Shown here piece after piece: positions 16,509-27,707 of a stretch of DNA of 64,000 nucleotides. The stretch is taken from the sequence record MT446423.1, one strand, 5' to 3'. The position numbers and the translations under genes are program-made. The notes under the pieces were generated by a model. That model saw nothing but the letters and a program-made list of their open reading frames with translations. It was not told the DNA's origin and did no database searches. Source of the DNA: Escherichia virus TH58. Positions within the stretch are counted from its first letter, which is position 1. Every line of letters starts with the position of its first letter.

Positions 16509-19500
16509 TTAGGCTAAGCGAACGATATAGTTAAAAGCAATGTTTTTAACAGTGTTTTCGGTGTTACCGGTGCTGTTAACAGTAATTGTATGGCCATGAG
16601 CAGCAATAGAAAACGTGTGAGTATGTGAACCTATAGCCACTGTATGGTTATGTGTACCGATATCAGTATAGTGACTATGTTCTGGAGCGACTGATGTAGT
16701 ACCTGACCACGTGTGTGAGTGTAGACCATCCTCGTTAGTCCATGTCGTTGCTGTCTGACCGGAACTGGATGCTGCAAATCTACCGGACTGAACGTTAGCG
16801 TTGTTACCAAGTGAAGCAGTGTGTGCGTGCCTACCGTCAGTACTCGTTGTACCGGATACTGTATGAGTATGTGCACCAGCGGTGTTAGTATGTTTACGGC
16901 CTAGATCTGTTGTACTAACAGTTTTAGTCCCTAAATCAGTAGCGCTTGTAGTACCAGACAAAGCAGTAGTGGATGCAGAAGCAATATGGGTATGGGACTT
17001 AATACCATCAGCTTCAGCACTCAACACTGCGCGACCGCTCGGTTTACCCTTAATAGTCTGCCCTCGCATATCAGGAATTACGCCACTAGGATACGCAACA
17101 GCTAGCTTTGGATATGCAGACTTATCAAAGGTCTGGCCTTCCATTAAAGCAAATCCGGCTGGAACTGAATCACTCGGCCATGGAATCGGAGCACCGACCG
17201 GATAAGGTATCTGGGCATCAGAATACATCATATACACTTGTCCGAGTATATGGCCTGCAGGTAATTCTTCTACTGGTGTTTGGGCGCCGCTGTTAATCCC
17301 AACAACTGACACGGTGGAGTTGGCTGAGCACTCATATTCAACCACCAACGAGTTTGCATAGGCCCCAACATATACATAAACATCATACACATCACCGGAG
17401 GTATTCATGGTAGCAATATTAGTGAAACCCTTATCGGTACGAGACCATAAAGTAGCGTTAATGGCTTTAGGATTATTATTGCCTGTACGAAGAACAATTT
17501 CTGTAATAGTAGCTTGTTCCGGAGAATTGGCATTAAATCCACTACCACCCATTACTTTAAAGCTTGCAGTCCCTACAGATTGTGGAATATTTACTGTAGC
17601 AAATTTATACCATCCAGCGCTTGCGCCTGCGGCACTCCAACCACCCGTATTAACCTTACGGTCTAAAGTGGTGTTCAAGTTAGAAAAGTTACCAGTACCG
17701 CCAGTAATATTACCATCAGTTCCTAATTTAGTATTTCCTATTTTAAGAGGCTTAGTAATATCGACAGTATCAGAGTTTAATGCAATACCATGGGCGTAGG
17801 TGTAATTATGCATACGAACAATGTTTCCACCATCACCAATACCTACATACCATTTTGTAACATCTGCTTTGCGTCCTTGGATGAAGTTAGAAGACTCTTG
17901 TGTTGGAGCATTTATTCTAATAGCATCGGCGGCAGTATTAACTGTTATACGCTGAGATGCTGTAGTACCTGATGTATCTACTTTAAACTTGCCCGCACCA
18001 ATATCAACAACGTGATTCATAGAAACTGCGCCGGTGCCTAACTCAATACTAAACGGGCGAAGGTTGTTTATTTCACCATTTTCCCCTTCATTTTCGTTAG
18101 TTGGGATAATATGTAATGATGTTTCTGAGCGTCGGAAAATGGCACCATAACGAGAGTTCCAAATTCTTAATGCATTGATGATGCCACCGATTTTAACTGG
18201 TCCATTTGCAGTTAAATTGTTGGTAAGTAAATTACCAAATGTCACAGTTTGACCTTCACCGACGCCAAGGTTATTACGGGCAGCAGCTACAGAAGTCGCT
18301 CCAGTACCACCTAAATTAATCGGTTGAACACCAGATACAACTTCCTGCCATGCAGTCCACGATCCGCCTTGTCCGTAGCGAACATATACGCCTAAAGCAT
18401 TACCGCTCTTTGTAGTAAAGGTCTGCTTACATGACCAGTCGCTATCGGAAACTTTACGCAAAGACAGAACTTCGAGAACAAAGTTTCCATCAGAGGTAGG
18501 TTTGTTCAATATATTAGAACCACCACCAGAAGATGTACATTTATACAGCTTACGAGTACCTAAATCTGAACGTCTAATAATCAGGCTATTAAGGTCAATA
18601 GTCTGGTCAGTAATATCAACTGCTTCTTCAACACCACGGTAAGTTTGCTTAAAAACTAAATCACCTTCTACTTCAAGACCGTTAGGTTTAATTAGAATAT
18701 ACTTACTAGGAGATGGAGTAACAACTGTAGGTTGATAACCAAATTGCACGTGTCCTTCAGGAGTAATTTTAAGCATTGCTACACCAGCGCCATCTCCAAT
18801 TTTACGAGCAAGAGTTAATCTGCTATACTTATCAGATTCCTCTGAACCTAAATCAACAAACGTTCCGTTGGTGTTTTCGACTTTTAAGTTAGCGTTAATA
18901 GTCAAGTTACCGGTCATGGTATCGCCGGTTTTACTTACTTTCTTATTATCACCAGCAACAATGTCATTTTTAATAGAAGTCAAATAGTTGTTAAGGTTAC
19001 CACCAAACAATGAACCTGACGTAATGTTACCGTCTTTGGTTAGCATCGCAGCCCCGCCGATTTTAACTGCTACAGGAACCTCAAATTGGCCATCAGAGCG
19101 GAAACTGTACTCGCCGGCAGAAACACCACCTGTGGTTTTTGCCCGAATACGTACAGTGCCTAGGTCTGAGGTGTTTGGAGTAGCCCAAATCACACCACGT
19201 TCTATACCATTGTTATTTTCAAACCAAACATGTGTATTCGCATCGACATCTGGAGCACGAGCATAATAAGAACCAGACCGAGCATAATAAGTTGTTGCAA
19301 TTATAGCGGCTCCAGAATTAATACCGCCCGTGGTATTAATACCAGCTAGAGTCTGAACATACGCACCATTTAATGTTAATTTACCGTTGATAGTCACATC
19401 ACCATCGACTTGCCCACCTTTAGCGAAGCCAAGGTCGATAATTTGACCTGCATCATCTTTAGTAAAAATTGTTCTATCTTTTAAGTTTATAGCCAATTCA

Positions 19501-19580
19501 CCTTCGGCTAATACTGAAGCAGCAGGACGTGCACCTGCGGTTTTGCTTCTTTTAAATTGTATTTGTTTTAAAGTAGCCAT
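16509..19580 (-). CDS. 37: long tail fiber distal subunit gp37
   Basis: 1023 aa; [17 protein letters not shown]-terminus; His-rich HxH repeats near C-terminus as in T4 gp37. Confidence 0.93.
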   Translation of the reverse strand: MATLKQIQFKRSKTAGARPAASVLAEGELAINLKDRTIFTKDDAGQIIDLGFAKGGQVDGDVTINGKLTLNGAYVQTLAGINTTGGINSGAAIIATTYYARSGSYYARAPDVDANTHVWFENNNGIERGVIWATPNTSDLGTVRIRAKTTGGVSAGEYSFRSDGQFEVPVAVKIGGAAMLTKDGNITSGSLFGGNLNNYLTSIKNDIVAGDNKKVSKTGDTMTGNLTINANLKVENTNGTFVDLGSEESDKYSRLTLARKIGDGAGVAMLKITPEGHVQFGYQPTVVTPSPSKYILIKPNGLEVEGDLVFKQTYRGVEEAVDITDQTIDLNSLIIRRSDLGTRKLYKCTSSGGGSNILNKPTSDGNFVLEVLSLRKVSDSDWSCKQTFTTKSGNALGVYVRYGQGGSWTAWQEVVSGVQPINLGGTGATSVAAARNNLGVGEGQTVTFGNLLTNNLTANGPVKIGGIINALRIWNSRYGAIFRRSETSLHIIPTNENEGENGEINNLRPFSIELGTGAVSMNHVVDIGAGKFKVDTSGTTASQRITVNTAADAIRINAPTQESSNFIQGRKADVTKWYVGIGDGGNIVRMHNYTYAHGIALNSDTVDITKPLKIGNTKLGTDGNITGGTGNFSNLNTTLDRKVNTGGWSAAGASAGWYKFATVNIPQSVGTASFKVMGGSGFNANSPEQATITEIVLRTGNNNPKAINATLWSRTDKGFTNIATMNTSGDVYDVYVYVGAYANSLVVEYECSANSTVSVVGINSGAQTPVEELPAGHILGQVYMMYSDAQIPYPVGAPIPWPSDSVPAGFALMEGQTFDKSAYPKLAVAYPSGVIPDMRGQTIKGKPSGRAVLSAEADGIKSHTHIASASTTALSGTTSATDLGTKTVSTTDLGRKHTNTAGAHTHTVSGTTSTDGRHAHTASLGNNANVQSGRFAASSSGQTATTWTNEDGLHSHTWSGTTSVAPEHSHYTDIGTHNHTVAIGSHTHTFSIAAHGHTITVNSTGNTENTVKNIAFNYIVRLA

Positions 19581-19588
19581 AAGTCCTC

Positions 19589-20254
19589 TTAATAATAGCC
19601 GAAATCTTGAACAGAATCCTTAATTACGATTTGGTCAAATCGTGGAACATGCGAAGGTTGAGATGCAGGATTCTGTGAGAAAAAGTTTGGCGCTGTTAAG
19701 TTACCTGTCATGGTATCACCTGACCGTAGCACCCTGGAATTTGCGTTATCTGTAACAATATTTATTCGTCCATCAACGTAATCTTTTCTTGTGAGATCAT
19801 TCGCTGCTATAGGAGCAGTCGCATCACTTCTTACTTGACCAGCTGCCGACACAACACCTTTTGTATTAATATCACCATTACGTGCATTAATTACAACAGT
19901 TCGGGCTGCTGAACCCTGTGATGATTTAAAACCAATGCCATTCCACGAAACAATATCGATATTTGCTACAGCAAAAGTAGCATTATCACCGTTACCTGGA
20001 TAAATACCACATGGGTTTGTATTGTTTACAGCATATGGTACTTGAACACCAGCATTAAATGTTACCTTTGATGCATAAGTACCGCCATTAGCTTTAGAAA
20101 CGAAATCGTTATCAGCAGCTTGTGGTTTATTATATTCTGAATAAAGTTTAAACGTTTTATACAGGACGTCATCACCTGCCGGCATTAAAGGGAAATTACC
20201 TTGATGCCATATAACGGCACCACCAGCTGTACTACCAGCTTTTAAATCGGCCAT
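19589..20254 (-). CDS. 36: long tail fiber distal connector gp36
   Basis: 221 aa, same length as T4 gp36; [23 protein letters not shown]. Confidence 0.9.
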   Translation of the reverse strand: MADLKAGSTAGGAVIWHQGNFPLMPAGDDVLYKTFKLYSEYNKPQAADNDFVSKANGGTYASKVTFNAGVQVPYAVNNTNPCGIYPGNGDNATFAVANIDIVSWNGIGFKSSQGSAARTVVINARNGDINTKGVVSAAGQVRSDATAPIAANDLTRKDYVDGRINIVTDNANSRVLRSGDTMTGNLTAPNFFSQNPASQPSHVPRFDQIVIKDSVQDFGYY

Positions 20255-20278
20255 AGTTGTCTCCTTATATGTATACCA

Positions 20279-20286
20279 TATTTATA
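20279..20286 (-). promoter_or_regulatory. late promoter TATAAATA upstream of gene 36
   Basis: Reverse complement of TATTTATA 20279-20286. Confidence 0.5.
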
Positions 20287-20293
20287 CAAAAAT

Positions 20294-20311
20294 GGGAGAC
20301 CGAAGTCTCCC
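20294..20311 (-). terminator. terminator hairpin GGGAGACTTCGGTCTCCC after gene 35
   Basis: On minus strand followed by AUUUUUGU. Confidence 0.5.
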
Positions 20312-20316
20312 TAAAT

Positions 20317-21444
20317 TTATTCTGATGCTTCTTTAAATTCTTGTCCAAATACCTTACCAGTATCAGTTGAAGATTGAGTAGGTAATGTCATTATGTCTGG
20401 GGCACTTAAAGATTCTGAAACATAATTTACACGAATACCATTTATACCAAACTCAGCAGGTTTTGAAACGCTTCCATTACCTGATACTTCAGTGAATATA
20501 ATGTTTCTTAATCCGCCTTGTCCTATTGGAGCTGTACGATAACAATAAATCGTGAACCCGTCAGCACCAGCAGGAATTTCTATGTAGTCTTCATATATCT
20601 TCCATTCACCTGCGGCCCCATCAAAGTTTATATCCTTAAATGAAATAGGTGAAGTAGAAGGAGATTTAAAGAAACGAATAGAAAGACGTGTCGTTCCTTG
20701 TGCTAACAAATCAGCATCTGCCGTTAGTTGGAATTTCGTATAAAGGAAATTTCCGGGCTTCAATTTGTACCCAGCGAGAGGTGTAATAAGGGATGTTGTA
20801 GGCATCCTTTTAATTTCGTTATTAGTACCTCCAACAGCAGATAAAAATGTGTCTATCGATTCATACATACGTCTAGGGAAGCCAGTAGCACCAATATCAT
20901 CAATCGTGTCATACACAACGTCAAGTGGTGTACTATAGTCAGTTGAAGTTTTCTTATTACTGTACTTAATATGTTCTAATGCTATAGCATTCTTACCGGA
21001 AATATAAAATGCTGAATAAGAAATGTCCACTATATTTAAAACTTGTTGTGCTAATGGAATAACAGAACTCCCGACTTTAGTAAACCATGCAAGAACTTCA
21101 GGAGGAAAGTTTGTTTTAGCATTAGTAACAAGGGCAAATATAAAATTAGAAGCATATGTGTCCATGTAAGTAACGAATGCACTCGACGTGGCGTCATTTA
21201 CAGTAGAGAAATTATATGACTTAGATTCAACTACCGCACCTGTTGTAGGATTTATTACACGAACGTTTAATCCAACAGAAAAAACCTGAGACCCAAGTGG
21301 ATTATCTTGGAACTTAATATAAGCAGGAGATGTTGATAGCGGGCAAGAGCCCGCTATGCTTAATTTAAATCGCACCGAATTGCTTTCCGATAAAAATGGC
21401 GTTTGGACATATCCTTGTCCAAACTTAGCCATAAATTTTTCCAT
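20317..21444 (-). CDS. 35: long tail fiber hinge protein gp35
   Basis: 375 aa; position and length as T4 gp35. Confidence 0.9.
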   Translation of the reverse strand: MEKFMAKFGQGYVQTPFLSESNSVRFKLSIAGSCPLSTSPAYIKFQDNPLGSQVFSVGLNVRVINPTTGAVVESKSYNFSTVNDATSSAFVTYMDTYASNFIFALVTNAKTNFPPEVLAWFTKVGSSVIPLAQQVLNIVDISYSAFYISGKNAIALEHIKYSNKKTSTDYSTPLDVVYDTIDDIGATGFPRRMYESIDTFLSAVGGTNNEIKRMPTTSLITPLAGYKLKPGNFLYTKFQLTADADLLAQGTTRLSIRFFKSPSTSPISFKDINFDGAAGEWKIYEDYIEIPAGADGFTIYCYRTAPIGQGGLRNIIFTEVSGNGSVSKPAEFGINGIRVNYVSESLSAPDIMTLPTQSSTDTGKVFGQEFKEASE

Positions 21445-21452
21445 AATACCTC

Positions 21453-24400
21453 TTATTCAATCCACTCGAATTTAACAGATTTATTCACAGGGTCTGGAAT
21501 AATGCGGACATTACCAATTCGTAAGAAATCACGAATAGTAAGATTCCCCATTGTAGCATTATCAGACGGTAAAGCACCGATATCAGATGGTTGAGGAGGG
21601 TTACCTCCATCAAATACCTGAACAAAACTTGACCAAGAGTTTTTGGTTTTCTGCCATGTACGTGTCCAGCGAGTGGTACGCGCTTCTGGAGTTGTTGGAT
21701 AAGTAATCCAATCTTGGTAAAGAGAATCAAGCGTATTACCAAACTGAGTCAAAGTACCAGGAGATTTAACTTCTTCGCCACGTTCTAAGTACGGAAGTCC
21801 AGTCACTTCATTAGTTTTTTCAACCATTTTAAAATAACCTGGGAACTGGTTATAAGTGGCCGAATCATTAATGTCAATTGACCAGAATCCTACAGTATCA
21901 GATGTTGGCGCACGAGTATATAAATCAGATGTTTTAGTACCCTGAGAACGAATTCTCGAGTTAACAGTCAAACCACCTGAATTTATAGTAGCACCTTTGG
22001 CAATGATTAAGCTTTCACCAATCGTAACCTGACCGGATTGATTATTAATTGATAATGGACGTAATCCATTAAATCCACCGCTCTGATCACCTGCTGCAGT
22101 GAGCATAAAATAGGTGTCATTACCAGCATTACGAATAAAGAATCCGTAATTTCCGTTTATTGCTCTAAAAGCATTTGACGATTTACTGATAATTTCGCCG
22201 GTTGCAGTAACTGAACTACCGAATGTTGCAACGCCATTCGCATTCAATGAACCCGAAGCATTTACATTTATCGGCATTACAGTACCATTGATATTAAACA
22301 TTATATTTCCGGCTGTATTGCGCTGAGAATAAAAGTGATGAGATGTTTCATCACCAACTTCAAATACAGTAGAACGCGTTGTATCTGGTCTGTCACTAAA
22401 CTGATTTCCCCAAACTTTGATATCCATCGTCTGTGCTGGGTTAGTTCCAGTTTGAGGTCCTTTCTCAAAAATCAAACGAGATGCTGTTCCAGTTTTAGAA
22501 ATAGTTAATGTATTTACCGTAACTGCCCCACCAAACGTAGCAGTACTAGATGATACAAGAGGGGCACTCAGATTCGTTTGTTGGGTTAAGGTTAGTGAAC
22601 CATTAACCGTCTGTGCAATGTCCCTACGAATGAACTGAGATGAATCTAGGCCATCTAATAAATTTGCGTCAGCAGCTTTTGCTTTTAATGGCAAATAATT
22701 TGCTAATACACGGTTTAATTCATATGGTGATACCGCATAGCTATTTTTCTCATATGATTCTAAAGGTTGTGTTGAACCAACTGTATCATCACCAACGAAT
22801 GTAATAGAACCGGATGAAGTTTTAACGAATCCACGAATTGCCGTAGTAGCAGCCCATGTTGGTTCAGACTGGACAATCCATTTTAAATTCTTAGGCGATA
22901 CAGCAGTATTAGCAGAAGTTCCTGTTACAGTTTCAGCCCGAGTAGCAACCTTAATTACGCCTTCAGACGTTTCAGTGGACTTAGTCCCTAAAAGCTTTTT
23001 AGGAGTAATAAGAACATCATCTAAAGTTCCTGCATTAGATTCTGCCTGAGTCGCTACGCGAAGTGTACCGCGTTGTGTTTCATTTGCTTTAGAAATATCA
23101 AGAGTATAATGGTTCCACAAGGTTCCTTCTTCAATAAGTCCGGAATCAGAATTAACACTGGTACGGTCAGAAGAATCAAAATAAGTTTTAATTTTCAGTG
23201 GAGTCGAGATACGAGTATCATCAGTTCCAGTATCAAATTCAACTTGCGTAGCAATTTCGGCTATGCCGGATAATCCTTCCGTAGCTTTCCTACCATTTAA
23301 TGTCTTAGGCGTTACTGCACGTGTATAATCAGTCCCAGCATTAGTTTCTGTTTGCGTAGCAATTTCAATTAAACCAATACGTCCATCAGTAGAAGTTTTC
23401 TTATGTAGTGTTTCAGGAGTTACTACAGCGTGAGAATAACCTGCTTGTGATTGTCCAGCAATAACTTCACTATCAACAGCTAAAATTACTGCACCTTGTT
23501 GAGCATAAGTTGCTTTATATTGGTCAAGGGCTTTAGGAGAAATAGTTAAATTATTTACTGTTTTATTATAAACGTTAGTGCCTGCAGCCCCACGAGTTTC
23601 AGCAGGAGTAGCAGAAGTAGTCGATACATATTTAACTATACCCGATAGTGTTTCGGAACCCTGACGTGCCTGTAATTTCTTAGGCGTAATAATCGTTGTG
23701 TCATCAATACCAGCATCAGTTTCAGCCTGAGTAGCAATTTCAGCAAGACCACGACGAGTTTCAGTTGCTGTACGCTCATTTAGTTTTTTAGGCGTAACAA
23801 TAGTATCGTCCACAAATGATGCTATGGAATTCTGGTTAACTTGCGCTGTTGTAGCAATTTTGGCGATACCACGTCGAGCTTCAGTTGCTGTACGATTTGC
23901 CAACGTTTCAGGAGTAATAGCCACTTCTTTAGCTGGAGTATTCTCTAAATCAACATTTGCTTGCGCTTGAGTAGCAAGAGCAATAACACCTAAACGAGCT
24001 CGTGTAGCATCAGATCCAGCATCAACGCGTTCTACCGTAGGGACATTCTGTTGCACAACCCAATAACGTGTACCAGCAACGGTGTCTTCGATATACGATA
24101 ATTCTAATACAGGAACATATGAAGTAGTGCCATTGAATTCTAGTTCAGTAACAGAGACCCATTGAGCATCAGGTGGATATTCAGAACGTTTAGGGAACTG
24201 AAGCAACGCAACAGAAGAAGCAATTGTATCACCTTCGGCAGCTTTAATTTTTACTGTTTGGCCTTTACGCATGTAGTTCATTGAAATTTTAACGGTGTCA
24301 CCACTCAAAATTCCGGTAGGCAGCGTAAGATTAATAGTTCCGGTTGCATCGTTATTTGTGCCAAAAATAAGAACTTCTTCATTTGGACGAATATTTGAAT

Positions 24401-25325
24401 CCGCACGGATAATACGAAGACGCGATTTCTGGTCGCCTTCCCATATACGCCATAAACTATTTGCAGCATCAAAAACAAAAAACGCGTCGGAGTCATTTCT
24501 GCCTTCGGCAATATGAGTCCCGACTTCACCAATAGACGTTGTATCATCAAATGTTTTAACAATTGTATGATACAGTGGGTTTAATTTATCTAAATCGACT
24601 AGGCTGATTATATCGCCATTGTTAGCATTACGTGGAAGTGTAATGTTGATTGGTGCTGCACTAGTAAAACGACGAACGATAAAATCATTTGCTTGCGCTT
24701 GATATGGTGCTGCAGGTGTAACAGTGATTGATTCTTTACCATAATCAATGATATACATCTGCCACAAACGATTACTAAACACAAACACTAGTTGTGAACG
24801 TGGTCGCGTCATTAAAACTGAACGAACTTGTTCACCTCTAAAGTTTAAAATACTCTGAACAGACGCGTTAATCTGTACTTTAACTGTCCCGGTTCTTCCA
24901 CCAATATCAGCCAAAACAACAGTATCACCATCAACCGGTGTATTTGGCAATGTGAAAACCATATCATTGCCGGCACCAGTGTTAACCGAAATCGAATCAC
25001 CTGAAGAAAGTTGATAAGTCCCAGAAGCGACAGTTATCCATTGTGCATCGGTACGAACTGCACGCCATTGTAAAAGGTTAAATGCCCCGGAAGGAGACAC
25101 GATATCATTTATTGCTTGATATAAACGGTTGTCATAAAGAACAACAAATCCTTTGTTATATCCACGCGTAGAATCATATACTTGAACGGTGTTTTCTTGT
25201 ACCAGGAAGTCAACGTTTACGCCATCAGTACCTACTGTACGGTCGGCTAATGCTACGTTAACAATCTTGTCGCCACCGGCGTCCAGACCGTCTTCGGCTC
25301 TGAACTTACGTTTGATGTCGGCCAT
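21453..25325 (-). CDS. 34: long tail fiber proximal subunit gp34
   Basis: 1290 aa; near-identical to recalled T4 gp34 over long stretches (MADIKRKFRAEDGLDAGGDKI, PYLERGEEVKSPGTLTQFGNTLDSLYQDWITYP). Confidence 0.95.
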   Translation of the reverse strand: MADIKRKFRAEDGLDAGGDKIVNVALADRTVGTDGVNVDFLVQENTVQVYDSTRGYNKGFVVLYDNRLYQAINDIVSPSGAFNLLQWRAVRTDAQWITVASGTYQLSSGDSISVNTGAGNDMVFTLPNTPVDGDTVVLADIGGRTGTVKVQINASVQSILNFRGEQVRSVLMTRPRSQLVFVFSNRLWQMYIIDYGKESITVTPAAPYQAQANDFIVRRFTSAAPINITLPRNANNGDIISLVDLDKLNPLYHTIVKTFDDTTSIGEVGTHIAEGRNDSDAFFVFDAANSLWRIWEGDQKSRLRIIRADSNIRPNEEVLIFGTNNDATGTINLTLPTGILSGDTVKISMNYMRKGQTVKIKAAEGDTIASSVALLQFPKRSEYPPDAQWVSVTELEFNGTTSYVPVLELSYIEDTVAGTRYWVVQQNVPTVERVDAGSDATRARLGVIALATQAQANVDLENTPAKEVAITPETLANRTATEARRGIAKIATTAQVNQNSIASFVDDTIVTPKKLNERTATETRRGLAEIATQAETDAGIDDTTIITPKKLQARQGSETLSGIVKYVSTTSATPAETRGAAGTNVYNKTVNNLTISPKALDQYKATYAQQGAVILAVDSEVIAGQSQAGYSHAVVTPETLHKKTSTDGRIGLIEIATQTETNAGTDYTRAVTPKTLNGRKATEGLSGIAEIATQVEFDTGTDDTRISTPLKIKTYFDSSDRTSVNSDSGLIEEGTLWNHYTLDISKANETQRGTLRVATQAESNAGTLDDVLITPKKLLGTKSTETSEGVIKVATRAETVTGTSANTAVSPKNLKWIVQSEPTWAATTAIRGFVKTSSGSITFVGDDTVGSTQPLESYEKNSYAVSPYELNRVLANYLPLKAKAADANLLDGLDSSQFIRRDIAQTVNGSLTLTQQTNLSAPLVSSSTATFGGAVTVNTLTISKTGTASRLIFEKGPQTGTNPAQTMDIKVWGNQFSDRPDTTRSTVFEVGDETSHHFYSQRNTAGNIMFNINGTVMPINVNASGSLNANGVATFGSSVTATGEIISKSSNAFRAINGNYGFFIRNAGNDTYFMLTAAGDQSGGFNGLRPLSINNQSGQVTIGESLIIAKGATINSGGLTVNSRIRSQGTKTSDLYTRAPTSDTVGFWSIDINDSATYNQFPGYFKMVEKTNEVTGLPYLERGEEVKSPGTLTQFGNTLDSLYQDWITYPTTPEARTTRWTRTWQKTKNSWSSFVQVFDGGNPPQPSDIGALPSDNATMGNLTIRDFLRIGNVRIIPDPVNKSVKFEWIE

Positions 25326-25355
25326 TCGTTTTTCCTTTATTGTTTCAATAATACT

Positions 25356-25363
25356 TATTTATA
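25356..25363 (-). promoter_or_regulatory. late promoter TATAAATA for gene 34
   Basis: Reverse complement of TATTTATA 25356-25363, 31 nt upstream of gene 34 start. Confidence 0.55.
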
Positions 25364-25366
25364 CCA

Positions 25367-25396
25367 GTTTACGCTTTCAAATGAGTATGTTACTAT
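25367..25396 (+). promoter_or_regulatory. early-type promoter upstream of rnh
   Basis: GTTTAC 25367-25372, TGt-TACTAT 25388-25396. Confidence 0.5.
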
Positions 25397-25428
25397 AGTC
25401 AAGTTGACTAACTGAACAAGAGGTTCAT

Positions 25429-26346
25429 ATGGATTTAGAAATGATGTTGGATGAAGATTACAAAGAAGGTATTGCACTTGCTGATTTTAGTAACATTGCA
25501 TTGGCAGCCGCATTAAACAACTTTGAAGACGGCGATAAAATTACTGTTCCGATGGTTCGACATGTAATCTTGAATTCAATTCGTAAAAACGTAGTGATGT
25601 TCCGTAAGCAAGGCTATACAAAATTTGTATTGTGTATGGATAATGCTACTTCAGGTTATTGGCGTCGTGACTTTGCTTACTATTACAAGAAAAATCGTAA
25701 AACCGATCGTGAAGCTTCAAAGTGGGATTGGGAAGGATATTTTACTGCACTCCATCAAGTTGTTGATGAGATTAAGAAATACATGCCATACGTTGTAATG
25801 GATATTGACAAGTATGAAGCGGATGACCATATTGGTGTATTAACTAAATATTTGTCATTAGCTGGACATAAGGTATGTATTGTTGCATCAGACGGTGACT
25901 TTACACAATTACACAAATATCCTAACGTTAAACAGTGGTCACCACCACAGAAAAAATGGGTTAAAATTAAGAACGGTTCTGCTGAAATTGATTGCATGAC
26001 TAAAATTCTTAAAGGCGACCGTAAAGACGGCGTTGCATCTGTTCGAGTTCGTGGCGACTTCTGGTTTACTAGAGTTGATGGTGAACGAACTCCGAGCATG
26101 AAAACAACGATTATTGAAGCAATTGCCAATGACCGTTCTCAAGCTGAAGTATTATTAAGTGCAGAAGAATATAAACGGTATCAAGAAAATTTGGTTCTCA
26201 TTGATTTTGATTATATCCCTGATAATATTGCTTCAACCATTATAGAGTATTATAACTCATATAAACCACAACCTAAAGGCAAGATTTATTCATACTTTGT
26301 AAAATCTGGTCTTTCTAAATTAACAAGTGTAATTAATGAATTCTGA
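25429..26346 (+). CDS. rnh: RNase H (5'-3' exonuclease, FEN-1 family)
   Basis: 305 aa, same as T4 RNase H; DFAYYYKKNR, YEADDHI, SDGDFTQLHKYPNVKQW motifs. Confidence 0.93.
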   Translation: MDLEMMLDEDYKEGIALADFSNIALAAALNNFEDGDKITVPMVRHVILNSIRKNVVMFRKQGYTKFVLCMDNATSGYWRRDFAYYYKKNRKTDREASKWDWEGYFTALHQVVDEIKKYMPYVVMDIDKYEADDHIGVLTKYLSLAGHKVCIVASDGDFTQLHKYPNVKQWSPPQKKWVKIKNGSAEIDCMTKILKGDRKDGVASVRVRGDFWFTRVDGERTPSMKTTIIEAIANDRSQAEVLLSAEEYKRYQENLVLIDFDYIPDNIASTIIEYYNSYKPQPKGKIYSYFVKSGLSKLTSVINEF

Positions 26347-26353
26347 GGTAAAC

Positions 26354-26623
26354 ATGGCTAAGAAAGAAGCAGTTGAATTTAATCAAGATGTGCATGGTGA
26401 AGAACTGGCTAAACTAGTCAAGGAAGCTTCCGATAACAAACTTAAAATTTCTGGTTATAATGAACTGATTAAAGACATTCGTACTCGTGCTAAAGAAGAG
26501 CTTGGCGTCGATGGAAAAATGTTTAACCGTTTGTTGGCTCTTTATCATAAAGACGCTCGTGATCAATTTGAAGCTGAAAACGAAGAGGTAGTCGAGCTTT
26601 ATGACACAGTTTTCACTAAGTGA
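26354..26623 (+). CDS. dsbA: dsDNA-binding late transcription protein DsbA
   Basis: Track ORF 26336-26623 trimmed to ATG 26354 (GAGG RBS); 89 aa matching recalled T4 DsbA. Confidence 0.85.
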   Translation: MAKKEAVEFNQDVHGEELAKLVKEASDNKLKISGYNELIKDIRTRAKEELGVDGKMFNRLLALYHKDARDQFEAENEEVVELYDTVFTK

Positions 26624-26939
26624 TATTAAACCGGTTGATGAGACCGGTTTATCTGAACAAGAATTAGCAGTAAAACACGATAAAGATGATATCGCTAAAT
26701 TGCTTGACCGACAAGAAAATGGATTCATTATCGAATCCATGGTTGAACAATTTGGTATGTCTTATTTAGAAGCAACAACTGCTTTCTTGGAAGAAAATTC
26801 TATTCCAGAAACACAATTTGCTAAATTTATTCCTACAGGAATTGTTGAAAAAATTACAAGCGAAGCAATTGACGAAAATATGCTTCGCCCATCAGTTGCT
26901 CGTGGTGAAAAAACTAATACGTTAGATTTCTTATTATGA
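26601..26939 (+). CDS. 33: late transcription co-activator gp33
   Basis: 112 aa; MTQFSLSDIKPVDETGLSE ... EKTNTLDFLL as in T4 gp33. Confidence 0.9.
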   Translation: MTQFSLSDIKPVDETGLSEQELAVKHDKDDIAKLLDRQENGFIIESMVEQFGMSYLEATTAFLEENSIPETQFAKFIPTGIVEKITSEAIDENMLRPSVARGEKTNTLDFLL

Positions 26940-27589
26940 TTAAAATACGCATGCCTCCTGATGGAGAACGTTATATTAACGGAAAATCGGTATACAAACT
27001 ATACTTGATGTGCAAACAACATTTTAATGGTCGGTATGACGTAATCAAATATAACTGGTGCATGCGTGTTTCGGATAATGCGTATCAAAAACGCCGAGAT
27101 AAATATTTCTTTGAAAAACTAGCAGAGAAATATAAATTGAAGGAACTCACCTTGATATTCATAAGTAACTTAGTTGCTAACCAAGACGCATGGATTGGTG
27201 AGATATCAGACGCTGATGCATTAGTTTTCTATAGGGAATATATTGGACGTCTCAAACAAGCCAAGGAGACGTTTGCTGAAGATGTACGTAACATCTACTA
27301 TTTCGGTAGGAAAGTTGAAGTTAGCGCGCTTCAAGAGATATTTGATTATAATAATAAAGTTCAGTCGAGCTACATATTTAAATTGCTACAAAGCAATATA
27401 ATTTCATTTGAAACCTTCTTGTTGTTAGATTCATTTTTGAATATTATAGATAAGCACGACGAACTCACCGATAACTTAGTCTGGCAAAATTATTCTACCA
27501 AATTAAAGGCATATCGAAAAATACTTCAAATCGATGGAAATGCTGCTAAGAAATTGTTCATAGAAACAATCAAATCATGTAAGTATTAA
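26936..27589 (+). CDS. 59: helicase loader gp59
   Basis: 217 aa; near-identical to recalled T4 gp59 (KYNWCMRVSD, LVANQDAWIG). Confidence 0.92.
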   Translation: MIKIRMPPDGERYINGKSVYKLYLMCKQHFNGRYDVIKYNWCMRVSDNAYQKRRDKYFFEKLAEKYKLKELTLIFISNLVANQDAWIGEISDADALVFYREYIGRLKQAKETFAEDVRNIYYFGRKVEVSALQEIFDYNNKVQSSYIFKLLQSNIISFETFLLLDSFLNIIDKHDELTDNLVWQNYSTKLKAYRKILQIDGNAAKKLFIETIKSCKY

Positions 27590-27618
27590 GCTTTATTTCT
27601 TGTGTGTTAAAATTACTT

Positions 27619-27626
27619 TATAAATA
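27619..27626 (+). promoter_or_regulatory. late promoter TATAAATA upstream of gene 32
   Basis: Exact TATAAATA 27619-27626. Confidence 0.45.
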
Positions 27627-27636
27627 AATCATACCA

Positions 27637-27707
27637 GCTACGAGGTATAAGTGTCGTAGCAACCAACTGTAAATAAATTAAATAATCTAAATAAAAGGTA
27701 ATAATCC
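27637..27707 (+). promoter_or_regulatory. candidate gene 32 translational operator (hairpin + AU-rich leader)
   Basis: 7-bp hairpin GCTACGA-N10-TCGTAGC 27637-27660 then AAATAAATTAAATAATCTAAATAAAAGG before ATG. Confidence 0.4.

Noticed and set aside
16631-25398. Plus-strand ORFs (for example 16882-17205, 17407-17799, 18988-19266, 23073-23273, 24295-24516) within the tail-fibre gene block
   Set aside because: They are embedded antisense in genes 37 and 34, whose identity is very well supported
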